Shown here one piece after another: positions 25,201-37,200 of a stretch of DNA of 64,000 bases (position 1 is its first letter; each line of letters begins with the position of its first letter). The position numbers and the translations under genes are program-made. Origin of the DNA: Nageia nagi (Eukaryota; Plantae; Pinophyta); contig JBITNC010000002.1 in assembly GCA_050084985.1 (NCBI GenBank), forward strand, positions 11,470,001 to 11,534,000, read 5' to 3'. Under the pieces are notes generated by a model. The model did no database searches and was not told the origin of the DNA. It saw nothing but the letters and a program-made list of their open reading frames with translations.

Positions 25201-28200
25201 CCAATGACCTAATACACCGTCCTGAAGTGCCAACACAAGAATATAAGCCAAAAGTGCCAACATGGGGTCCCAGTCGACCCTGAAGTCCAACGTGGGATTC
25301 CTGGAAGCCCAGTGAGCCAACGTTGAGGTGTGGGGCCCTCTTGGATGTGGTACAAGCATGACGTCCATCCTAGAACACTATAACTCATTGGGATTCCCAC
25401 AACTCGGGATCTCCAACCTACCAGACATTGACATGACTTCTTGAGAGAGAGACGTCCTGCTAGGGGCACACAAGTGGGGTCCACATGACCCAGTATGTCT
25501 CTTGTCTTAAGCTACAAACATGAATATAACTAAATACAAGAGATATCTCTAAGATATCTACTTGAAAACTACAAATTGGCACTTTAGTACAAAAGGGATA
25601 TCATAGTATGCTGTCGGAGAGGCCCTCAACAGTACGTACTCTACCCAATACGGTCTCATAGAGAGTCAAAATGGCTATAAGGCCTAGCTCGAGGATCCCC
25701 AATTGTCTAAGTTTGTCCATGAGTCTGTGCCATGGGACAATGTCGAATGCCTTCTTGAAGTCTACAAAGCAATTGAAAACTTGGAGTCTTTCGAAACTTA
25801 GCCTCCTTGATGATCGCACGAAGGGTGAGGATGTGGTCCGTGGTGCGGTGATCTTTGCGGAAATCTGCCTGTCCTCCTGCCCTAAGACCTCTAGTATCCG
25901 CCAACTGGGATATGTTGTCCTTGAGAATGGTGGCATAAAGCTTGGCCATGGTGTGGCCAATCATGATGGTTCGGTAGTTGCTCGAATCACAAGGGTCACT
26001 GGACTTGAGAATGGGGTGAATAATGTTCGAGGTCCAGAGGGTGGAGAAGCCAGTGCAAATAATGGTGTTGAATAGATGGGAGAGGAAGTGTGGGAGGATG
26101 GAGCTTGCATGTTTAAGATATTTGGCTTAAAGGTTTTCGATGTCAGGTGCTTTTCCAGTGTTAAGCTTGAGGATAGCTTTATGGACGAGGTCTGGGGAAA
26201 GGAGGAAGGGCGAGTGATGGTAGGAGATTGGATATGGTTTGGGATCGGTGTACAGACAAGAGGCGTAAATGCTCCAGTCTTATAGGGTGATTTGGCTGGT
26301 GGTGGGTTTCCTAGGTGAGAAAGAGCGCCAGAAAGACTTGGGGTTACTGTGGAGGGTCAAAATGATCTTCTGTCATCTTTTGGCCAAGAAGTGGTGCTTC
26401 TTGGTCCTCAAGAGGCAACATTATGATTGATGCAAGGATTGGGTGACATGGGAAGAGGCTGCAGAAGTGACGAGGGAATTGAGATAGTGATGATGGGATT
26501 TACACTCCGCGTCAAACCATTGGTTCATTGGGGGATGTCCAGGGTGTCGAGGTCGTGGTGGGGGGAGAATGATGTGAGGGAAAGTCTGCATGGTTGAGGA
26601 GAGAAGAGTCTTGGAAAGAAAAATTGCTTGATCTTCGATTGAGGGGAGAGAATGAATGAGGGGAAGTTTTAGCTTCAGAATGAGGCTAAACATGGGGAAA
26701 GATCCTGGTCAAAGTGGATGATTGTGCGAGGGATGCGAGGGGGGGGAACGGGTGGAATGGGAGGTGGTGGTGGGAGCGGAATAAGAGAGAGATAGGGTCT
26801 GGTGGGCATGGTTAGCAAGGGGCAACCCGAAAGGTCTGGCAATGGGAAGCAAGTGAGGGGTAAACAAGTATGTAATCTACAACATTGGACCCATCCGTGT
26901 GGGGAAGGTAAGTGTGGTGATCGGAGTGGGGGAACCAAGCAGTACCATTCAAAATGACAAGGTTGTGGGTCTCATCGAGCTCAAGAAGGAATCTTCCGTG
27001 GCTAGAAGTAGTCATAGTATTGGTAGAGGCCCGTTGAAACTCATCATCACACTCCAAAGCACGAAGATGAAGAGGGTCCACCTTCGCATCAAAGTGTTGA
27101 GTCTGAAGACTCCCTATTCTGCCATTAAAATCCCCTGCCAAAATGATATACCCTTGTGCTGCAAATCTATAAATCTTTGGGAAGAGATCTAGGAACAAAT
27201 ACTCACCATCTCCCTCTAATGCACAACATGACATCACTGGAGGGAAATAACGTCCAACAATATAGATCCTCTTGAGGGGTGGTGGTCTCACGATAGATAA
27301 CCAGATATAACGAGCGTGGGTGTCAATCCCCACCACTCTCATCCTAGGATGCAAGTGATCACTAATTAGGAAGGCAAAACCTCTTGAGCCAAGCTCACAG
27401 CTACCCAATTGAGAAGAGGACCTGAATGCAAAAAGCCATGAATAACTAGTGAAAGGGGGGAGGCCCTTAACAACACTCTCATGAGTCTTGGTGAAAAGGA
27501 TCAGATCTGTGTGATGAATGATGTCTCAGACGGATCCAAGTGAGGACCAAATCCTGCCATTATAGTTCCAAACTGTGAATGTGAGTGTTGTGGGGGCATC
27601 CTGTTGGTGTCATTGGGAGGGCCCTGGATGAGACTAGCTAGGAGGAGGGGTATCACGGATGACAGCTCTACAGTCACAAATAACAACCCACTTGTCTTTT
27701 TTGGCTATTGCTACCAATGTGCATGCTTTCCGGAGTTCTTCTACTTGAAGGCGGGCAAGGTCGGTATCCAAGTAGATCTTGTTTGAAAGAGAATAGTTTC
27801 TTCTTTGCTCTCGAAGCTTGTAAACTTTCTGCTGCTAAGTGGAAACGAATGACAAGGGAATCATCTTGAGCAGTCCACGCCTTCTCCACAGAAATATTTT
27901 TCAGATCTAATGTTTTGTGTAGGAAATTAAGGGTGGCTTTTAGGGGATCAGAAGGTTTTGTCTCTAACATTGAGTTCTTTTGTGTGATGCAGTCTTTCCT
28001 CTTCAAATTTTGCATTAAAGCCAATTCCACCAATGGAGAGGTTTTTTCCCCTTTGTCACTTCTACCCATAGAATAAAAAAATGCCGTTTAAACGATTAAA
28101 ACATTGTTTTTGCCGTTTTTTTCAAAAAATCCGTATTTTCCTTCAAAAAATGCCATTTTTTACTTAGCAAAAAACAACGGGCAAAAAATGTTGAAAACAT

Positions 28201-31200
28201 GGCCGTTTTTTCCATATTTTCTATACTTACCGTATTTGCCACATTTGATGTTTAAACGGCCAAAAAACACAAAAAAACATGCATGCAAACCTTGTCGTAT
28301 TTGCTGTACCTGCCGTTTTTTTCCCCAAATTTGCCATTTTTTTGTCACAAATTTTTCCCATTCTTTTCGTTTTTTAACCTTTTTTTGGCGTTTTTTCCAT
28401 ATTCACAAATTTTAAAATCCGTGAATTTTTGCCGTATTTACTGTACTCTGACCGCTTTTTTGCCATTTTTTACGTATTTGGCCCCGAGCCGTATTTTCAA
28501 AAACCGTTTTTTATTCTATGCTTCTACCCAAGCCTTCTGTTCTTCAACTTGTTTTTGTATGGACTATTGTTGGGTGGTTGTGACCTGTGTAAAGGTTGCT
28601 TGCTATGAGATGATATCAGACTGTTTAGTTTTGATCTCGGAGATTGACTCGTGGAGGTTTTGTTGCTGGACTCGATCAGTTGGAGGGGCCTGCCCTGTCT
28701 CAAGTCTCACTAATCTGTCTCTTAGATCAGAAATGAGATTGTCTTTTTGAAGCATTTGTTGCTGAAGATTGGAAGCCAGATTGAGAAACTCTTGTCATTT
28801 TAATAGAAAGTTTAGAATGGAGGGCAACCATTTCTACCTTCAGGGATTGGTTTGATAGTTCAATTTTCAACAGGCGCTTGCTTTGTGTAAGAGAGGGGAT
28901 TTCCAGTCCGTCCGGGCGTTCGGCACTAGCACACTGGCGTAAGGGCGGTCTGGAGAGAGTGGATTGTTGATAGGGGTGCATTGTCTGACAGAAATAGCCT
29001 TTGAATTCATGGAAACCATCTTCCTGCAATGGTGTAAACGCCATAATAACCTGTCCGCTGAGAGAGCAATGGCGGAGCAGAGTTGAGGGCAAAGGTGAGA
29101 AGGTCGTGCGCAGGCAGGAGGGAGCACAGGTCACGGGGGCAGGGGGTGAGAAGCAGGTCGCGGGAGTAAAGAATGCATCAAAGATCAAAGTGTACAAATC
29201 TGTGGAGTTCTAAAGAAGAATATTGAAAGTCCTTGTTTCATTCTTATGGATAACTTAACCAGGGCATGTGCTAAACTTAGTTTTTTATGTTTTAAAGTAT
29301 ACAATATATGCTGATGTTGGGATCCAATTCAGTATGTTTCCTCTGCTTGCTTAACTTTAGAAGGTAACTAATACTCTTTATAGCCTTTGATTTTTTAGTT
29401 CTGTTTTCTCTTGAAATAAATATGTGTTTTAGATGAGAAAATTTGTAAATCTGCATGCTTATAACTTGTGTAATTCTTTGGAGTGTTAAAACAGACCATC
29501 TGAAACTTCGAACCGAGGACATCTTGAGTTCTCTGAGTGCTCTGCCACTGATTTTTAGAATCCTTTCATCAAAACTTTTTCAGTGACTGTGGATTGACCT
29601 TCCGACACCTATTTCAAAACTTTACATCAGCTTGTGTCTATATAGCTTGGCTCAGATACCATGTCGCAGCCCATGTACCAGCTAGAATTTCTTGAGTACT
29701 GGCCCCGGCATTCTATTGCTGAGCTGGTGGCCTTTTGGTGAATGTTTCTTCTGGAGTGTGGCTGACCTTACAACATGTTCTTGAAGCCACTCACCCTCTT
29801 GATTTCACCTAGTTTGGATCTAATACGATGTTACAAGCCTAGGACCTCTACTAGCCCTTTGGTAAGCTTTCTTTTGGAGATTAGATTTACCTTCCAACAC
29901 CTCCCTTCAAGTCAAACACCAGCTTGCTCTCGCCTGCCCTGGCTATTGTACTTGTTATAAACAATGGGTTAATTTGGACTTGGAACTCAAGACCTCCTGA
30001 TTAATGATGTAGGTGTCCTACAACTGAGCTAGCAACCACTTTTGTGTCCAGCTTTTGCCTGGAGGGTGGATTGATCTTCCAATGGACTCCATCTATAGAC
30101 AATCAGAAGTGATTGTGTGGCCATCTTTTTGCTTGAAACTTGTTTTTTCAGCAGAAGTGAATCAAATAATGAATATGTCTTTCTACTCACAAATTCCATA
30201 TCTACAAAAATGCAGTTGTATCATATTTAAACAAAAGGGAATGTTATTTTGAGTTTCAGCTGGTGCATAAGGGTTTTCTATCCATTTCAGTTAGAAGTTC
30301 TCCATAACATCCTTAAAAATTAAAAATATAAATAATCAGTTTTTATGTCTAGGAAAATCGATTCTTTTTAATATTATATACAGTGTTAAAATTCTCATTT
30401 TCTCAAGATTCTTTCTTTAGCTTACATTGGAAATTAGAGCTAGAAGCATTACTGCTCAAGTATAAGCTTCAATGCAAAGAGATATCAGCATTTAGCCCAA
30501 CACTTCACCAGAAGCTGGAAACGCTACCATCTGTGGTGGCAAAATCAAATTTTCTATGTGTGAAAAAGGGCAGTGTTGCTAGACATGAAGAAATTAAATT
30601 CAGGTGTAATACTAAAAATCAAGTAATGTAACGTTTAAAGAAAAAAATGCTGAAGAGCTATTGTTGAGGGATTTTGATTTAAGCTTGCAATTCTAAGTCC
30701 TATGTTTCTTTATGTAAAAGTTAAACTAATGTCTACAAATAACTAAAGTTGGATTGGGCCTGCAAATTACAATAAGTTACATTACAACAGGAAATGTGTT
30801 GCAAGTTAAAAAACACAATCTGAGAACTGAAACATATAGTAATGTTATATATAGGGCACTTGTCCTCAAGTTATTTCTTGGTTCTCATATGTAAGAAGTA
30901 TATGTACTATAGCTGGCTGGAAGAAATCAACTATGGCATCTGTTGAATAACTAACAGAAGAACAAAGACTATTAAGAACCTAAGAAAGTGAGGAATTCTT
31001 GCCATGTTATTTGGTTAGGTGCACTGAATTTGAGGCCCACTAGTGAATGTTTAAGATATTCACAAGTCAAGAATTACTAAGCAATTTTAACTCACAATGT
31101 GTTCTAAAGCAGAAGTTATTGTCATGTTGGTGTTGAAGTATGTGCTTTTTGTGTGTTATGTTATGAAGTTCATGATTTCTAAATTATAATACTTGAGAAT

Positions 31201-34200
31201 TAAACAGTTTGATTCTCCTTCGTATCCCTATCTAATCTTTAGTTATATGTGTGGAAGTTTTTCTGCCAAAGGGGTTATTATCCTTTATTTTGTTTCTCTT
31301 ATTGCATTATTCATTTCTTCTTACTGTTCAATTAACAGTTTGTTTATATTATTTTCACTTTCAACAACATAGTTCGGAATTCTCCTTCCATAACATTCTT
31401 CTTTTTGGTATGGGTTGCAGGTAATTGGTCCATATCGTTCTGGCAAATCATTTCTTCTCAATCAGCTTCTATCTCTTTCTTGTGATGAAGGTTATACAAT
31501 TTACCACTACCCAATGTTCGTGGTGGACATGAGGATTGTCTTGAAGTGTCTATCTAATATCACGTTTTGAAATTTCTCTCTGTTTTTACATCACATCAAA
31601 TATGGAGGATACCGCATTAATACTAATGGCTGCTTCTTTATATGTAGGTTTTGGTGTTGGGCATATGCGTGATACAAAAACAAAAGGTTGAGCATTGTGT
31701 ATGCATCTGCCAAGTTATTCAGCCCAATTTTATAGTTTGGTCTTTTTTCAATTCAAAAGTGTATTGTGTTGTAATGCAATATATTTAACTCACAAAATTA
31801 TTCTACAGCCTCTGGGATATGCATATATACCCAAGTAATAATTAACCTAGTCCTTAATACTTGCGTAACAGTAACTACAGACTTATAAAACTTCAATTCA
31901 ATTACAAAAGGAGGAAATAAATAGAGAAAAAAAACTGATAGCCACTTCAAATCTTTCTCAGCTTGATTTCAAATTAGCAATGAGGCCTTCATAAAATGTT
32001 TGAGCTATCTTTTCAACAGGGGGCCATTTTCTCTCATTTCCCCGACCTTCAACATCATTTTCACTTCAGAATTTATATCCTGAGTTTGTTTTAGCTTTAA
32101 TTTGGCCTCCTCAGTCTATTTTCTTATCTTCTTTATCCAGGCTGTTGGAGATAGGGCTGATTAAAGTTCATTGAACTTCCAAATGATAATAGGCTTCTCT
32201 ATGAAGATTTTTCAGACTTCTTACATGTTTTCAGATACCTTAATTCATATTTAAACTCTTCTGTTCAGTTCCAAGATATAGGCTTCATCATTAGTAGCCA
32301 ACTTTTGCCCTTTACAATAAATGAGAACATTTATCAAGGCTCTAATATTTTTGTTCACTTTATAGGGGATTTCACTTGGAACCCTTGTCAAAGCTTGAGC
32401 AAGGGAAGTTTCATGTACTGCATTATTTTTATTTTTTTTCTACTAACTTGTCCATTAGTGGAGTTTTAAAGAGTTTTTTTGTTGTACACATATGCTTGAA
32501 CCTGAAATAATGTGTTTGTAAACTTCCTACTGTTGATAGGGTAAAGTTGACTTTTACTAGAATATTCAAATAGTAGTTTGTATTGTCACATAATTCAGAA
32601 TCGCTTCACTTTTTTTTTCATATTTCTTGACATTAAGGGGTCTGTATTTTATGATGCTACAGGCATTTGGGTGTGGGGTACACCAATAGAAATGGATATT
32701 GGAGGAGTTAGGACATCTGTCCTATTTCTTGATACTGAGGGTTTTGAAAGTGTTGGAAAATCCAATGTCTATGATGACAGGTGAGTTCAAAAGATTTGAT
32801 TTTCAGGCAAGAATTATGTCATATCAATAAAAGATGACATTTCATTTTTAATTCGAGTCTAGACATCAACCTGATTTGGTGAGTGCTGTTTTGTACTTCA
32901 GGATCTTTGCTCTGGCCACAGTACTGAGTTCAATTCTCATCTACAATCTGCCTGAAACGGTCTGTTGACATAGATAATAACATTGTTTTATATAACAAGG
33001 TCTAATTTCGTATAGAAACAATTTCAAAGCAAATCTGGTGCTGTATTAATTTGAAATGTTTGAGCCACTAATACAAAGTGTATTTCTGTCTATTAGTTTG
33101 ATATCCACACAACTGTATAAAAATAGCACACAACACTGTATATTTCTCTTTTCTTCCCCAAGAATGCAGCATAAAGTGAAAACTCTCATAACTTTTCCAT
33201 CAAACATATTGGGAAACAGGTTCGTGAGGCTGATATATCTCGGCTCTCATTTGCTGTTGAGCTTGCACAAGAGTTTTATGGAAGGTATGCGAAATATTTA
33301 AGTTGTTGATTGCAAGCTAGATATTTCTAATTATATTATCATGTTTGCATTTTGGTATGAAGCATCTCCTTGAACTATTTTCTGATGCTGCCTTTTTATT
33401 CCTGTTTTGACCTTTTTTACCTGGGACCATCTACAGAGTGAAGGTAAGTAACTTGATAGTTATGTATTAAATTGCTACTTGATATTTTGCTTTAATACAT
33501 GCCGATTTATCTTATTATGGTCTACCTTCAAAGCTTGGTTATAATAAGCACTAAAACTGGTGGTATAGGGGAGAGACATTGCTTTTCAACCTGCAAAGCT
33601 TTTATGGCTCATTCAACGTGATTTCCTTGGTAAGTCAGGCCTATATGCTTTTAGAGCCTTTTTTGGCCTTGAATAAGCTGCAACATCTACTTGGCAATCA
33701 TGGATGCAAAAGTTGGTATAAGCTCAAAATTAGGATCTAACACATTATTAGGCTTTAACAAATTTCAAGCACAATTTTGTTTATCTTTCATTTAACATGA
33801 ACCAAATATCAATGATAACAATGTCACACAGAAGGAAAGACCGTGCAGCAAATGGTGAATGAAGCTCTTCAACAGGTTCCCAATCATACTGGTCTGTATC
33901 AGGAGATGTTTTTAGGTTACTTCATCTTGAGTTTTGACATGTACTAATTTTTCTTGATACATGTGGAGATAGTTCTTGCTAATCACTGTGCTATGTCTTT
34001 GCTTCTTGATTGCAGGAAACAAAAACATTGAGCAGGTATTTGAGATTTAACACTGAAAATTAGAGGCAAATTATTCATTTAACTGAACAATGCTTGGATT
34101 ATCTTATTCACATTCTGTTGTTTACCCAGATTAATCAGATTCGAGAATCTTTGGCAAGTATGGGAGAAAGCAATACAGCTTTCAGTTTACCACAAGTAAG

Positions 34201-37200
34201 TGTGTTGCTTCATCTTAAAATGACGAGTGTTCTGATTTTTGCTTATGTGTGTGTATTTGAAATTAATTTCCATTTATCCAATAAACATTACATATAATGC
34301 TTTATCAAAAACAGGTATAGTATGAGAGCATGCCCCCGCAAAATGGCATGAATCAAGTGTCTCTAGGAGGCATTATGAATTGTTAAAATTTTTCCACCAA
34401 TGTGAAAGGCATATACAGACAAAATGTATAACTCTTACCTGTATAGAGCCAAAAAAAACATGCTATAAATTCTGCTCGATATTTAAGAACACTACACATG
34501 AAAAAGAGGTTTGTAATAGTTCTCTGTGCAGCTGTAGGCTAAGATAGCATGTGTCTATAGGTGCACTTATGTTTCCAGCTAAGCAATGACACCCTATGCT
34601 CTTCAAGTTTGTGTGTTGTGGAACATGTATCAGGGCTGTGAGAGGCCCAAATCTTAGATAATGTTAGGGGACCTTAGATCAAATACATAAAAACCAAGTA
34701 GGCAAAATTTCAGTCAATGACTAATCACAAATTACCACAATGAAATAAGGAATCACTAAAATCAAAACAACTTGGTTATTGCATTTAGCTTTATTAAATG
34801 AAAATGAAATATATTGATACTTAGTAGTTTTTGACTGGATTTTTAGATGTTTCTCTGCTTGAAAAGATGATCAACTCATTGTAATATCCACTCGAATTTT
34901 CATAAAACAATCAGGATATTGTTTGAGTTAATGTGTGTGGATACTCTTTTCCTTCGGGGAATATCCCTCTCATGTTCTCTGTCATTTTCCATGTCCAATG
35001 GATGGTAGGGTTATCTCCAACATTTCTCAGAAATATAAATTCATTATTCAATTTGATGATGCACGTATAAGCTCAATATCCAATTTGATACTGTATGTAT
35101 AAGCTCAAAATATTTTGGCTTTGTTTCCATTTTCGAGCTGCATCTTCTGGTACTAGCAAGAAGCTGAATCACATTGATTACACTGTAATTACCAAAGTAT
35201 AATAGACTTTTTCTATCCAAACTCAACTGGCTAGATTATTATTTATATTTTGTTCTTTCCTTAATCAATGCAATAAAAGTCAAGTTTCTTTCTCTTCTGT
35301 TTTCCCCTGGTGTTGATTTCAATTATTTTGTCGAACTAGTTATTTTGTTGGTGGTCTTACACATGCTGATCTTGGAAGGTCTTGTAACTTCATGTAGACA
35401 TTTACTTGCCAGTAGTTGCTTAAGGAAGTCAATGCAGGTCAGCATTTTTATTCTTTATTCTTGTATGAGGCACACTAACTTCTCCAACAATGTATGGTTG
35501 ATGTTTTTGTTGTAAAATAGCCTCATTTATTGCGCACCAAACTTTGCAACATGAATGACTCTGATATGGACATGAACTATGTACGACGACGTGAAGAGTT
35601 GAAGGGACTTGTCAAATCCATGATTCAACCGAAGATGGTTCAAGGGAAATATTTAAATGGAAAGGAGTTTGCATTATTTCTGTCACAGGTTTTGACCTAT
35701 TCCTTTAATCCATGGATAGCTTTGCTTCCTGTGTATTTTTTATTCAGTTGGACATCTATCTGAATCCTAAATATATGGCTTAAGCTTTTCTAGTTGTTTT
35801 CAATCTTTACCTTGTTTACATACTGTTTCATCATTTCAGATTCTTGAAGCTCTAAACAAAGGGGATATTCCATCTACGGTTTCACTTGTAGAGGTTTTCA
35901 ACAAAGGAGTTGTGGACCATTGCATGGGGTTGTACAAGGAGAATATTTCACATGTTAACTTACCTCTTTCAGAGGATCTTTTGAGTCGTATGTATACGGA
36001 ATTAAAAATGAAAGTGATGGATGCATTTGAAGAGCAGCATTTTGGCCGGTATCATGTCAAAACATCAGTGGAGAGACTTGAGTTTGAACTTCAGAAGGTG
36101 AGAGATGCTCATGGACTCTGACTCCTTAAAGATGGTCATCCCTGTATGTTTGGTATCCTGCTAGGATGCCAAATCATGCAATTTATTTTCAGCCAGCAGC
36201 TTACGTTTTTAACTACTGTGCTGCATGCATTATGATTCATTATCAAGTTAGCTTGTTTTCATGCGATAGATCATTTGGGAAGTAGCCATTTTGGCTTACA
36301 GAGTTAATTACTGCAAATGCAGGCTTATGAAAATCTTCTTTTGACAAACGAATATAGATCTGCAAAGCTGTGCGAGGGCCTTTACACTAAGTGTGAGGAC
36401 AAAATGGATGAGCTACAAGACTTGAGACTTCCGTCAATGGCAAAGTTCAATGCAGGTTTTGTCCAATGTAATAGGAGTTTTGAAGCAGAATGCCGGGGAC
36501 CTTCAAAGGCTGTTTATGAGAAGCGCATCGAGAAGGTAGGCTGTATATAAAAGAACATATTCATCAAATGAATTATTGAATTTGCTGACTATTAAGCAAA
36601 AGAACAAAGACAGATATTCTATTTGTAGACTTAGTGATAGTCTAAGAATGTAAAATGGGACTAGGAATCACAAATAATGACCATAGAAACATAAATATAA
36701 CATCAGAAACTCAATGCATTGACATATACAGAAAAATAATATAGAGGTAGATCTGGACAATCCTAAACTAGAAACAAATATAATTAAGACATTGGAAGCT
36801 TTTTGAAGTGGCTAGATTTCCATCCAATAATGAGAAATATCAAAGGCTGTTAGGTTGGTGAAATAACGAGATGGGAGGATTGCCTTTAAAGTGGACTAAC
36901 TTATCAAAAGGCTTTAAGCCAGAGATACTGTGTTGTAATGCTACCTTCATCACTGGAGCAATAATGTCAGGACCTAAGCGCTTACCTTCTGATCCCTTGG
37001 AGGTGGTGTGTCATTTTTTTAGGGACTTTAAAACCTGTACAGTCATTCTATTGGATCACTTATACGCCTAAAGAGCAAACCCATCTTGGAAGTGTTCATC
37101 TAAATTTTTAATCATTTTAAAAAGTACACTTTCTTCTTCCTATAGAAGAGCTAGAACTGGAAGTACTGTCTTCTACTATATCTATTGTTTCTTTGTGCTA

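Larger units (their letters stand above)
22549..29200 (-). mobile_element. Near full-length non-L1 LINE (RTEX/CR1-like: ORF1 plus APE-RT-CCHC ORF2), intronic and antisense, decayed
   Basis: APE (ILAGDFNGRIG, NVVDYILV). RT (CFVDFKKAFD, GVKQGCPLSPTLF, LFADDIVLL). C-terminal HQLRIKT..CRLC..EDHFIFRC. ORF1 with an IYLDTDL-type motif. 3' tail of TTTC-like repeats at 22549-22572. The 5' end is approximate and the clade is inferred from motifs. Confidence 0.88.

Noticed and set aside
28104-28750. Phe/Lys-rich ORFs
   Set aside because: Artefacts of the low-complexity hAT MITE interior.
29962-30039. Functional tRNA gene (also 17545-17617, 20190-20265, 40322-40395)
   Set aside because: Acceptor and anticodon stems do not pair properly; only promoter boxes remain.
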